From: Lingula anatina
Taxonomy: Eukaryota > Animalia > Brachiopoda
Reading direction: 5' to 3'
Length of the DNA: 64,000 bases
Assembly (NCBI GenBank): GCA_051362555.1
Contig: CM120648.1
Location: 15,248,587 to 15,312,586 of the forward strand
In this document: positions 11,801 to 24,352 of the stretch, piece by piece
Layout of the letters: the number at the start of each line of letters is the position of its first letter
Numbering within the stretch: the first letter of the stretch is position 1
Made by a program: the position numbers and the translations under genes
The notes under the pieces: model-generated
The model's database searches: none
What the model saw: only the letters and a program-made list of their open reading frames with translations
Told to the model about the DNA's origin: nothing

Positions 11801-12827
11801 ACTTTGCAATAAAAACAAGCATAGTACTGTTCGACCAAAAGCCAAAATGAAATTACATCATGCAGGATTTCCTATGGAAAAGGTTCATTTAGATATACTT
11901 GGACCATTTACACTAGGTGAATTTGGGAATTCTTATATTTTGGTGATGATAGATCAGTTTACTAAGTGGATAGAGTGTGTGGCATTGCCAAATCAGACAG
12001 CTGAATTAGTAGCAAAAGCATTTTTTGAAAAATTCATAGTTACTTTTGGTTGTCCACAAGAGATATATACAGATCAAGGTTCAAATTTTCAAAGTAGTCT
12101 ATTTAGAAATTTGTGTAGACTATTAGAAATCAAACAACTTAGAACAACTGGTTTTAGAGAAAGTGCTAATGGACAAGTTGAAAGATGCACGGGTATTATT
12201 ACACAGATGATTAGATGTAATGTAGAAGGGAATGTGAGATATTGGGATAGAGATTTACCTCAATTAGTTATGGCATTACATTCAACTGTGAATGCATCAA
12301 CAGGGTTTACTCCTAACATGATGATGTTAGGGAGAGAAGTTTTTATGCCATTGCACTTACTAACAGGTTGTGTGAATGAAAATTTGATACCATATGAGAC
12401 TCATGAATGGTTGAAAAACTTGAGTGACAGCCTAAATAGATCACATGAAATGGCTAGAGAAAAATTGAAATGTGTGCAGAAACGTCAAAAACAATTGTAC
12501 GATGCAAAGTTGAGAGAGAGTGAATATACTTGTGGTCATAAAGTATATTTGAGGGATGAAAGTCATAAAAAAGGAGAAAGTAAGAAACTTAGACCCTTAT
12601 ATAGAGGACCATATGAAGTTATCAAAGCATCCCCACCTCTCTATACAATTAAAGATAAAAAAGGAAAAATCCAAGTGGTACATCATGATAGATTGAGAAA
12701 ATTTGTTGAAAGAGGGAGTGATTTTCAATTGAATGAGCCACAATTGGTGGAACCAATTGTAAAAAGATCAAGATTTGGTAGACAAATTAAGATGCCATCT
12801 CATTTAAGAGATTTCGCCTTAGAATGA
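8768..12827 (+). pseudogene. pol: Pol of element 1 (protease, RT, RNase H, integrase); stop at 9659, frameshifts near 10320 and 10800
   Basis: VVDTAA protease; WASPPVL and YLDD in RT; FILDT / KELLAVV / TDH in RNase H; HDSKTAGH..CELC and D-D-E integrase; GPY motif. Confidence 0.93.
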
Positions 12828-12946
12828 TCATATTAATGTATAATTAGTTATTAGTTAAGGTATAGTTGTATATAAATACTTCCTTAATTTTCGGCAGTGC
12901 TGAAATAAAAGGAATTTAATTATTTGTATTTTTTTTTATTTAGGTG

Positions 12947-13239
12947 ATGGATGATACCAACATTAATAGAATTTTATTAGATGTAGAGATCAAATGGACA
13001 ACAGAATGGATTGAGAATCCCTCATCTTTGTTTCATATAGCACTACATAATTTATTACCAACTTCACTTTGTGAGGCAAGAACTCTAAACTACCTTGGAA
13101 ATCTATGGAATGAGAACATTCTGAAAGAAAAGGGGATGGATTTTATCATTGACAATATTCAGGTTTATAAACATGAGATATCAAATGAAGAAATGCTACA
13201 AATCATATTATTTTTGAGAGAGAAAATATATGGATATTA

Positions 13240-13240
<1 letters not shown>
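12947..13240 (+). CDS. Accessory ORF A of element 1, 97 aa, unknown function
   Basis: Intact ORF inside the element; poly-T tract and TAG acceptor end at 12943, just before the ATG. Confidence 0.5.
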
Positions 13241-13291
<51 letters not shown>

Positions 13292-13862
13292 AAATAAATA
13301 AATATAGTAGATAAAGTATATTATAGTTTGTACTTCCTATTATATTTCAGGTAATTTGATCAAAACAACAGTACAAGTTGGTATAGGTTTTCTAAATATT
13401 TGTTTGAATTTTGTTGTTGAGCATAATTCATTGAGCACTGCATGAATAGGTTGATAGCTACTTTTGTCTTTTTTGGATTATGGTTATTAAAAAAAAAAAA
13501 AAAAATTAAATATTACCTAACATGGTTACATTGTTCAAACTAATATGTTGCAGTTTAGCATGTGTTTTGCATGTAATCGGATTATAGGTTGTCAAGGTAA
13601 CAATTCTTTTCTTATTACACATTTTAATGATGGTATTTTACTTGGGGATTTGGTATAAAAGTAATATTTGTACATAGTAAATGCGGCGATGCTGTAATAC
13701 TGTGTTAGTAATTAATGAAATACTATGTTTATGCTGTAATACTATGTTAATAATGTAAAATTATGTTTATAATGTAATATGTTAATATTCATTTGAAAGA
13801 AAAGATCATTATCATGTATGTTCATTCAAGAAAATAAACCATTGTATAAGTTTATTTCAGAT

Positions 13863-14528
13863 ATGGATTTAGACATGCTAGATGAAGCTTGTTTTGTCCC
13901 GGATTATGATGACACTGATTTGGTGGAAGATCCTACTGTCCTAATTGGTGAAGAGGGGGAGGAAGTTACCCACTCAAAGTGCAGAAGGAAGAAACAGAGG
14001 AAAGAAGTCCAGTGTGGTTTGTGTCTGGTGTCCAGTGCTGACCTAAGTAGACATCTTGGACGTCATGTGAAATCTGTTCATTTGCCATGGTATATGACTC
14101 CAGGATTGGTGTGCTGGTATTGCAGATCGATGGAAAAGGACAATTCGCTTTTACGTTAACATCATGGTGATGTTCATTCGTGTGGAACTGGTGAATTCGA
14201 GGAAAAACTGTGGATCCAATTAGTGAATGGATTTTTGTATTTCCTGATATTGACATTAAATATGAGAAATATATGGGAACTGATGGACTATGTGAAAAGT
14301 GAAGGACTAGTAATGTTGCCAGATAACCGTTCCAAGGAGGACATTAACTTTGTGAAAATATACATTTATGGAAATGATATGGAGCCTAAGACTGAGATTC
14401 TGATTTCTTTGTTGACTTTGTTTCACTGGAGAACTTTGTATCATCTGTTACAAAAACTTTCATCAGAGGATCGTGAACTCAGTAGTTATTGGTATCGGCG
14501 GATGGAATTTACTTTGCTACATGGATGA
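13863..14528 (+). pseudogene. Accessory ORF B of element 1: acidic N-terminus, CxxC..H-x4-HLPWY..CxxC Zn-binding region, helical domain; one in-frame stop (14157)
   Basis: ORFs 13818-14159 and 14223-14528 share a frame; TTTATTTCAG acceptor ends at 13860, ATG at 13863. Confidence 0.65.
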
Positions 14529-14890
14529 AAAATGAACTATATAATGATTTGACATTTCACATTGACATTGTTATCATTACTAATGTTGTTTTGAGCAACT
14601 TTTGAGTTAAAATCACTTTGTTTACTTTTAAAGTTGATTTAAAGAGATAATGGATTTAAAACTGTTTTGCATTCCTAAGGATGGACATTTATGCTGAGAG
14701 ATGGACTTGATTGACTTTGCTTGTGTTAAAGTTAAATGTTGAATCTTGGCATAACAAGAATGACTTATTTGCTTTACTTGCTTATTTTAAATGTAAAATA
14801 CGATTTCAGTTGTTGAATTATAATAATTGTTAGTTAAGAAATTTAAATTAATGGTTTATATTGTAATGATAGGGGGGAGTTTTGTTCGTC

Positions 14891-14904
14891 AAAAGGGAGG
14901 AGAG
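14891..14904 (+). promoter_or_regulatory. Polypurine tract of element 1
   Basis: AAAAGGGAGGAGAG abuts the 3' LTR. Confidence 0.85.
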
Positions 14905-15265
14905 TGTGACGATGTAGTGTGTTAGTTGAGATTGTTTTATATTGCTACCGGTAGATGTCTAGAAGTAAAGTGTTACCCGGTGTGCAAGTTTGAATCTCTC
15001 CCGTGATTGGTAACTTAAAGGTAAAACTGCTCACTGTATAATTGGTTCTGATTGGTAAACGTGTACTATCTGAACTTGTATATAAGGTCCGAATTGAAAT
15101 AAATCGCTCTCTTTGTTGGGACTTTTGGCTCTAGCCTCTGTGTTCTTGGCTCTTTTGGTCCTCTTTGCGGCTCTCTTTGGCTCTTTATGGCTCTTAACTC
15201 TGAGATACCAGTAAGTACATTGTTATTTGTACCTTCATAAGGCACTCGGCCGCGAAGGCGTAACA
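14905..15265 (+). repeat. 3' LTR of element 1
   Basis: TGTGACG...CGTAACA; about two substitutions and one 2-bp indel versus the 5' LTR by eye. Confidence 0.95.
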
Positions 15266-15570
15266 ATATATATATCCTGCCTGTATTTCTTTATCATATA
15301 AACTGCACATATTCTCTGCTAAATTAAATAGATAGATACTGCTGAGTGACAGGTAACCTGGCCAATAGAAAGCAGGTAGGTCCTCAGTCATTCATCCCCC
15401 TCCCAAGAGATTTTAAGGTTAAAGGATGAAGAGAGGGAAAAATGGGCTGCACAGGAAAAAGAAATGGAGGAAAGCAGAACTGTCATTCTTTGCTAGTGGT
15501 TACAAAATGTTAAATTTGACCAAAAATTTCAAACGTTCTCTGGGAAGCTGTAATTTTGCAATGTGATAGC

Positions 15571-16174
15571 TAGACTTGCCCTTCAAGAAATCGATGGAAA
15601 ATAGCTCTTTTTCAAATTTGAATGGGCACTGTAGAAAACGTATGATAGCTTAAGCTCTCAAATTATGCACATAAGTGTGATATCATGTGAAGTGTTGTAA
15701 ATTTCAATCCAAGCGGTTGCGTATATTTTGAGACAGAACGCTTTAAATGTGCAGCAAACCGTAACGCTAATCCCTTCAAGATCTCGACAAAAACCAGAAG
15801 TGCACCGTGACATCACTCACTTGTATTGGAAAGCTCCTGGGTGATTTTCTGAAGAGAATTATTTCGTATCTTATACAAATGTTCAGAAAATGACCATGTA
15901 GATAAAAGAAAATTTACTAATCAAAATTGAAACTGCGTAATTAGAGAGAAAAACACTGTGCATTTCTGACCTCAACTTGTCAGTGTAAACAAAGTGTACT
16001 GAATGCATTGCAAGCAAGCACGTGAATGCCGCATTTGATACTTTGTATCAGACACTTAATTTTACTATACAACACTGTTTACGATGGGCATAACAGTAAA
16101 AACAGTGAAAAAAACACGAACTTCCGGTTTACGTCAATTTCTTGAAGGTGGCGATTTCTTGAAGGGCAAGTCTA
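15571..16174. mobile_element. MITE with 23-bp TIRs
   Basis: TAGACTTGCCCTTCAAGAAATCG...CGATTTCTTGAAGGGCAAGTCTA; TSD not clear. Confidence 0.75.
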
Positions 16175-17620
16175 CACCATCACAGTTTATCATTTCATAA
16201 AAAGGGAAACAGCAGATGCCCTTGTTAAGGCACATGGGAGAGTTGAACAGCTATACTCACCAAATCCAAGACGCATTTCACTGGGAGATATATTTGGCAC
16301 AAACTAATGAAAGTCTGATGGAATGTTTTCAGTTTTAGTTTAAATCATTTATGCTCACAAACTACTATTTGAAAGATTGTTGTACACATTTTCAATCAAT
16401 CCGAGGAGGGCCCCCAAAATTTTAGATTCTGTCAGGGGGTCTCGATTCCAGAAGGATATTACGTATGTCAGGATCAAGTAAAGATGAAATGCCAAATGGT
16501 TTCATCAGCCACTGGTCTGCATGTCATTCCACCTTCAAAGGGGAGAAAGCCAAACCAAGGTAAGAGGCCAAGAGCTGTAAGAACAACCACTTTGAAATGA
16601 GGTCTTTGAAATAAAGGGGAGGACTCTAGCTTTGACAGGACACTGGACAGACAGACACGAAGAGGAGAATTGCAGGTGGAGAGATGTATTTCAAGCCGTG
16701 TTTAGAGGTTGGGGGTCAAGCGTGCTTTGGAAGGATGGGGAGGATGTAAGCTTAGACATATTTGTGTGCATATGTAGATATTTATATCAGCTACAGATTT
16801 TTTAATTTTTTGCTCTGATTTAAGGTTATTTAATATTTTGGATCTTGTAAGTCACCTCCTATTGGGTGTAAATACAATGCATGTTAATCAATTGTTCTAA
16901 TTCCCAATAAACCTTGATTTGGGTTAATGCACTTGAGGAGTACCTGAGATTAATAACTTTTAATTTTTCAAACTTATAAGTGATAAAACTGATACATATT
17001 GTGTAATATGAGGTCATCTTCTTTAACCAAAAATGGGGGAGGGGGGAGTGCCATAATAAACCTTGTAGAAAAGATTCATACCCAAATATCTGAGATTACA
17101 GTAATTAAGACAACGGTTATCTAAATATGATATTGTTTTGTACAAGGCTGGTAAGACAAGGGTCCCTGTTGGCACATGAACCATCTTTATTGTTGGTAAT
17201 GGGTATGAGAGAAATGTACCATTTGTTGGAGACCCCTTAGGAAATGTTTTGTCTCCACAATTTGGTACTTAAGAAAGTAAGCACATTGCCTATTTTAAAC
17301 TTATGTTCATATAATTATGTATCTTCATAGTCGAAAAAACTGCTTAGTAAATATGTCTGATAATTGTATAATTCCACCTTTAATCCACACAATGCATAAT
17401 TACAATAATTGCAAGAATTGTTTACATGTATAATAGACCTTTTCAACTCACATTAAACAGCTCCTTTAAAAGCACAGGATTCAGGATTTTTTTCTTGCAA
17501 CATTTGACTAACTACATTAACCCCATAATGATCGTAACCACAATGATGCAGTAAATTTTCCATATACCACAAAGACCCAATACTACATCAGTGTATATCA
17601 ACTCTAGGAGCAAGGGGCGC

Positions 17621-19480
17621 TGTCAAAACACACGTCTTCGAAGGCCCAGCTCTGAATGATGTTATTTTGGTAAAGTGGAATTCAACTAGGGCATGAGGCA
17701 ACCCCCAACAAGTATGTCACTTGGCCCAGGGGCCGACCGCAATGTTGAACTATACTGAACAAAAATATAAACGCAAGAAACTAAAATGGTCAGTTGAAAT
17801 GGATAATCATGAAAAATGCCCAGGTTGATGGTTTATTTGTGAACTGATGGATTTGTTTTGATCAATTATAGTGGTCTGGTTTCACTTGGCCGCTCCCCGT
17901 GAGTATACTCAAAGGTTCAGTTTTTACACCCATAAGGCTAATGGAGCATGACGGAGTAGAGGTCAATCTGCAAGACCAATACTCGGACATTCTCTACCAT
18001 CTAGGCAATAAAAGGACACACCAAAATGTGTATTTCTGCCAGTTGTCAACATGCCACAGGTGTCTGGAACCATGAGGGAGCATGTCATCAGCATGCTCAA
18101 TGCTGGCTTGTCAGTAACAGAAGTTGCAGCATGCCTGAATGTGCATCATTCCACTGTCAGAGACACTGGTACCATTAGGAACCACCCTCATGCACCATAT
18201 CGCCTAACAAACACCTGTGGAATGTTCTGGATCAGAGTTTCAGCCATCGTGTTCCAGCTCTCGAAAATGTTCGACAACTGCAAGAAGCACTCCAGGAGGA
18301 ATGGGATGCATACCCTTAGGCCTCTATTGACAACTTAGTGATGTCCATGCGCCGCTGGTGTACTGCTCTGCACAAATTTAATGGTGTCTGTGAACTCTGG
18401 GTGTTGACCCCCATGGTGTATTTGATGCCCTAACTCTTGGACTATGCATTTTAACTTCCCCTAATGCTCTCAAAGTGATGTCTATTTGTCGAGAAAAATA
18501 TGCTGTTATTTTTGGCTATATACTCTAGTTCCATATATTAAAATAAATCTACATATTCTTTCGTGCTTTTATATTTTTGTTCAGTATATCTGAACCGGGA
18601 CCTGTGTTCAAGACATAACACACATGACAATGACCTGGCAAGCAGCCAATCACAGAGCTCCTTTATGACACACAGCTCCCTTATGTTGGTGTTCCCATCG
18701 AACAAAGTCTTTATTTAAAACAGCACACATTTAATGGAAGGCATAAGTCGGTAATTACAGTATCTTTCAACTACACACACTCATTATGTACAAGCATACA
18801 AGTATTACCAAAGGAAAACAATTTCCAACAGTGGAAAGGACAAAGGAAAATGGAATCTAAAATTTGGCACAGCACAGCGCCGCCAAGAACGAGAATCCCA
18901 GAGGCCGGAGCCTATAACAGTTGGTCCTCCAGGAAATAACGAGAATCCCTATCATGACAAGGCTGTCAAAAGCGAAAGCTTACCTCAAAGGCTGCTCTGA
19001 CTTGGCAGACCACATGCTTAAACAACTTAGAAACAATGCCCACCTCGTGAGATGCCAATTAGACTTCAGGGGATGTCCTGATGATGACCTACTTCTAGCA
19101 CCAATAATAAAGATACAGTACAAAGCTGGGAAGGAGCTTAAATCCACAATTGAGGCCCATACACAAGCTTTCCTAGATACAGCTAAGAAAAGATTAGCAA
19201 AAGCACAAGAAAGGAAGGCCAAAGCAGAAAAGCACTTTGACATTCAAGGTGCATACATGTTAACAAACCCACTCTCAGCGCACATGGTAGTCAACCACCA
19301 TCTGGATTATGCAGCAAATGAGACTCCTCATCCTCGCAATGAAAGACAAGAAGAAGGGCTGTGTGCTAGCCAGAAAAGCAAAAAGTAGAATAAACACACG
19401 TCTTCTGAGGCCCAGCTCTAAATTGTGTTATTTTGGTAAAGTAGAATTCAACTAGGGCATGAGCCGCCCACCCCCTGACA
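17621..19480 (+). mobile_element. Unclassified element bounded by ~80-bp direct repeats, containing one ORF (18921-19388)
   Basis: AAACACACGTCTTC...GAATTCAACTAGGGCATGAG at ~17626-17697 and ~19392-19463; outer ends TGTCA/TGACA; no TSD seen. Confidence 0.5.
17753..18586 (+). mobile_element. Internally deleted Tc1-like transposon
   Basis: TIR TACTGAACAAAAATATAAA; TA flanks; HTH-type transposase start at 18051 fused to C-terminal ..HLWNVLD..LQEALQEEW..MSMRR. Confidence 0.85.
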
Positions 19481-20299
19481 CAATTTTCCAGAAGAAGATG
19501 GAAACGTAGAAGTAGGAAGGGACTCAGAATGGAATGCACATATAAATAAAGATTATTGCATGCCCATAATCTAATTTATCAAGCTAAGATTTTACCCGAG
19601 TCGCTTCCTACAGCTGCCTCTGTAAATAACATTACGTCATCCACTTAACCTTATGGCACTATTAGCCAATCATGCTGCGGGTTTGAATCACGTGCGGAGG
19701 AAGACAGAGACCACGCATCTTGTGCACATTCCTGAAGACACTCTTTGGCTTACAGCTCAGCCGCATGGACAATTAAGACAAGCGCGTAAGTAGAAGTCAA
19801 CACCAAATAACACCAATACCGATCAAGGGTAAGTTACTACCTTCGTTTATTCACTTTCCCACCCAACCCTGTCCCCCTTTTACATTCAACTCACATGCTT
19901 CTGTTTACATTTCTCAACACTTACCTAGTATCAAAATTTATGATACTCAATTAATTGGCGGGAAGTAATCCCCACCTTTTATGATCTACAGATTTAAGCT
20001 TTAAGCTTTGCGTAATCCAACATAATATTATGTAATTGGCAGCTCGCGAACCGCGATCCATTACGTAGGAAGTGACTCCATTGCCCCATTACTTTACCCA
20101 TTATCAACCATTAGATCATAAAATGAACAAAAATTTGAAATATGAATAGAAAGTCTTAGCTAATGATAAAGTCAAGAAACCACACCAATGTTCATTTTCT
20201 ATTTGTCAAGTTTTATTATAGACCGACAGCAGAGACATAACGCAAAGGCAAAAGGCAGAGTCCAAAGGCACAACTTGTAACCAGAATATTGCAAGTAAC

Positions 20300-21250
20300 T
20301 GTTTTTGTTGAACCATGTTTTCCAGTGTATTATGATACTGGGTGGTGACATTAAAACACTTGATAGTGAAATTACAACTGCAACTGAATTACTGGTTCAA
20401 TTACTAAAACCACAAACAATAGCAAGCAAGATAAACCTCCAGCTACAAAATACAAATTTAGGAAATGAGATTTAATTCATGTAAGACCGTCATCCAAAAC
20501 CATTCCCTCATCTTTTGTAACCTCTACCATCACAGGAATTGAAAGCAACTGAAGCAAGAAAATTTGTCTCTACTACTGGTCACAACTGACTTAAATTATA
20601 TCCATCCGATTAAAACTTATATAATATCCATCCATACACAAAATACAGTTTCTAGACATGACACCAGTATAATCATAACTTTTCCTGACAACATTTCTTG
20701 GATTTTTTTTCTAGTTTCTAAAATTACTACATTTTTGCAATGCATAAAAATGATACCACACATTTTGCAACTGAATTATAAAATGTTCCAGAGTTCGAAG
20801 CTATGTCATTGCAATCTCAAAAACACATTCCATTATCCTTGCAAAGTTTTCAGCAATCTTCAGGAGATGCACAAAAAATTGTAAACTAAAAGAAGTAACC
20901 AAACAACATGTTTAAACACCTCAATATCAGACCAAAAGTCAAATACCAAATCTCTATGCAACTTCCAAGTCATGTCTGATACTTTACAACCAAATTTTGT
21001 GTCTTTATACAATGGATATATTTTGGCCATAAATGTCCCCACAATCAAAGTCACCTGTCAAAATTATACATTATATAAGCAATTCCAGGTTGTCACTTTT
21101 GTACAATCCAAATCCCATGTGGATGTTCATCTGAAATTCCTAGTCACCTCATTCTCCCGATGCAATACTGCACTGAAGTCAACTACAGCAAAACTTTGTA
21201 TCCCATCAATATGGCTCTACTTCCACTTTTTATAGGAAATGAAATATTTG
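20300..21250 (-). pseudogene. Possible old LINE remnant (AP-endonuclease region); boundaries approximate
   Basis: Minus strand near 21035-21070 reads IILTGDFDCGDI, like the GDFN motif; otherwise heavily broken. Confidence 0.3.
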
Positions 21251-22015
21251 ACAATGTAAAATCATCTACACTTTAACTCTTGGGTACCATTCAAAAATTC
21301 AAATACCAGACATATGTTTACACATAATTCTTTGAAAAGCTAAACCTCTTAAAACACCTATGTTATCTTCCACCAAATCCTAGAAGTGTCCCGAACAGTA
21401 AAATAGACTTTCACTCTGTGATGTAGTTAACAGCAGCATAACTACAGTCTATTTAGAATTTAATTTTTTTTTAACTTTCCAGTATTTCTTTTTGTGGATA
21501 TATTATCACTGAACCAATGGTGTAACTAACTGCTGAATTAACAGTTGTCACAGTCTTATCCTTCATTTATTTTTCAGCAGACTATCACTCTGGTGATACT
21601 GTTAGTAATTCAAAGTACTGAAGATAGAAACAAAAGATCCCTCTTGCCTTTTAATGTTGAAATAGCAGGTAGTCTGTTTGGAGTTGCAGCAGAAAAAGAA
21701 GTAAATTGAGTCATCCAGCATGTAAATAAGCTACAAAAATGGCAAAATATGGCACTTTCAAATTTTGAAGAAATCACTCAAAAGTTGTCCTCTGTCATAA
21801 CCACCCAAATTCAGATTTCAAATTTTGCAGCACAGTTAAAAGAAATCCATGACATTGATATGGTAATGACTGGTGACAAGAAAGCACTTGATAGTAAACT
21901 TACAGTTGCAATGCACGCGTTAAAACATCACATGAATTTGCGCTACTGCACATGCACTAAAATATTACTCTTTGTGGGATAGCAAGCAGACATCTTGTTT
22001 TGAAGCAGTGTAAGA

Positions 22016-22170
22016 ATGAGTGAAAATGATGCGGTGTTTTTATCTGATGATGATGTTCCCAGGACGAAACTACCAACCCCAAATATCAGAGTGCATACAA
22101 ACCTTGTTTTAAAATGCTGGTTGGCCTGTCGCGGACTTAGAGCAAGTGGGAAAAGATCAGAATTGATAGG
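22016..22170 (+). pseudogene. SAP-domain fragment, probably from a DNA-transposon accessory gene
   Basis: LSDDDVP..L....LKCWLACRGLRASGKRSELI fits the SAP pattern L+xxLxxRGLxxSGxKxEL. Confidence 0.5.
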
Positions 22171-22310
22171 GACAACCCAACATTCAGAGAATTCAGACAG
22201 ACTATGCTTATGTAAAAGAAATGCTTAAGTCATGTAGAAATCTATGGAAATCTGCTTTTGCTTATGAGATATTTGAAAAGAGAGCACTTCGAGGACTGAA
22301 AACATTCTGA

Positions 22311-22853
22311 CAGGGCTCAACACAAACGGTTGTCCGATTGCCCGGGGCAATTAAAATCAGTGGTCGGGCAAGAAAATTTTACGTCCAGTTGCCCGACGGA
22401 CTAGTGATTTTTTTTCCTATTGGCAGTGCAATGTTACATCTGATGTTAAAATATTGAAACATTTCACGTGTTTTTTCCCTTTTGCACAATAAAGTTACGA
22501 CGCGCTTGTAAACTGCAACACTTGCCTTTTGTCAACAAACAAAGCGTTGCACGATTGCGTCAGATGCGCCAAGTGCACTATAATGGTCACAGAAGTCAAG
22601 GAGGTCCGAATTTGAAAATTAACCTGTCCGACTAATTGTGTCAGGTACCACTGTCACGATTGCCAATCCACTTGTTCATGGGTTTAGAAAAATAACTCAA
22701 AGATGACATTTAATTAACACAATTGATTTTTTTATACATCAGTAAAATGTAATGATAAAATTTATTTATCAAGTGGTTCAATATTTTTCATTAATAATGG
22801 GCAAGTTGAGGCAGAGAAAGGGCAACCTGGTTAAAAAATTTATGTTGAGGCCT
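22311..22853. mobile_element. Degenerate hAT-like MITE
   Basis: CAGGGCTCAACA...TGTTGAGGCCT; GGGCAA subterminal repeats; flanks CATTCTGA / CATTCATA. Confidence 0.5.
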
Positions 22854-24352
22854 CATTCATAGTGGTTTAATGTATTCAAAGAATGTGCACTGTTGACAAG
22901 AGCAGTAAACCATCCATAGATAGATTATCACTGAATAAATGGTGTAACTAACTACTGAATGAACAGACTATCACTCTGGTGATGCTGTTAGTATTTAGAA
23001 CAGCTAACATCAGTCTGATCGAAGCTGGAGGTCAGTAATTCTGTTAATATTTTTTCATGTTCAAACACGTATTAAACTTTATTGTGGGGAAAACTTATCC
23101 CATTTTGCCTTTCTTTTAATATAAGTGGGGGGAATATTGTAATTTAAGCATTTTCCTTCCTTCACCTGGTCTGCTCTTCATGTGAAAAGAGTGAAAAGAA
23201 AGGAACACTGTAGGTGAGTTAAAACAAGCCAGGTGGGGAGGTCACACCCCCTGCAGACCATAATCATCATGATATTATTATGAACTTTATCTAAGATTCT
23301 GAGCTCTAAGAAGAAACCTCTAGAAAGGATACTAAAGAGGAAGCAAACTCACAGCAATCGCACTCACACTCAATAAGTAGAACCAGTAGATGCTTTAGTA
23401 TGTATTCATATCATTTCCCATTTAACTTTATCAGAAAGTTTAAATGTCACTGAAGGGACTTAAGAAATAGTTACTTTTTACCAAAATATTGAAACAAACG
23501 ATTAAGAAACACTTTTATTCCATACAGCTTATACACGTACCAATGAACTATGTTCGTGAACTTTTCAGCTTTTTAAGGAATGATGAATGTTTTTTATTCA
23601 AAGTTTTTTTCCATTTCCTTTCAATATTTATTTTAAAAGTAAACTCGTTACCTAATCCCATTTCAATACTGTAACTTACATTTTATATATACATTTAATG
23701 TATGTTTTTATATATTGTAAAGAAGCACAATAAACCCGTATCATTATAATAATTATTGTTGTTGTTGTGATCGAAGATTTTTCTTTCCTCAACCTGGTAT
23801 GCTCTTCACGTGCCAAGACAGGCCAACAGGTAAGTCAGGTCAGGCCAATGATCGTCATTATGAAATCAACACCTATCATTGTCTTATATCTTAAACTCCG
23901 AGGCGGACGTGTGCAAGACAATTGCAAGCAATCTAAACAAGTCTACAATAGCAATAACCACAGTGATCACTCTCCAACGCAGTGTTGTCGGTTGTGGACT
24001 ATAAAAATGAAAACTGCAGTGCCACCTACAGTTCAGTATCAAATTAGTAGCGAAAGATTCAACATCACTCACTCCGCTACGAGACATCAGGCATACCCTT
24101 TATATCTAGTTCGCATTCCCTGACCCATACAACATCTATACTGTACTTAATCATACCAGTGTAGCTGACATTCAGCATTAGTGCCAGAGTAGATTTTGAT
24201 CAAGGAGCTATTAATTTGTGAAGAAGTATCAGGGTAAATAAAAGTGAAAAAAGATGAGTTGTCTATGCCCCTGAACACAGCGTAGCAAATGCTACTAGAC
24301 TGCAGCTACCACAAGAATAAGTGAATTTAGCTGCTCGGGTTCACTTCATCAG

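Larger units (their letters stand above)
2773..15265 (+). mobile_element. Full-length Ty3/Gypsy LTR retrotransposon (element 1), coding region disrupted, with 3' accessory ORFs
   Basis: TG...CA LTRs of ~361 bp; ATAT TSD (2769-2772, 15266-15269); PBS and PPT; gag then PR-RT-RNaseH-IN order. Confidence 0.95.

Noticed and set aside
13245-13288. (TA)n run, plus (CA)n near 37365 and 38905 and (GA)n near 51600
   Set aside because: Ordinary microsatellites
16470-16530. CTGATGA on the minus strand as a hammerhead core
   Set aside because: No GAAA after a stem II; only a simple GATGAAA/TTTCATC hairpin
18421-18436. 16-nt match TTTGATGCCCTAACTC to the reverse strand near 35800
   Set aside because: About one 16-nt match is expected by chance in 64 kb, and it does not extend
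21499-22993. ~70-bp duplicated blocks (21499 and 22922; also 23153 and 23782) as LTR pairs
   Set aside because: No TG..CA ends, PBS, PPT or TSD; treated as old local duplications
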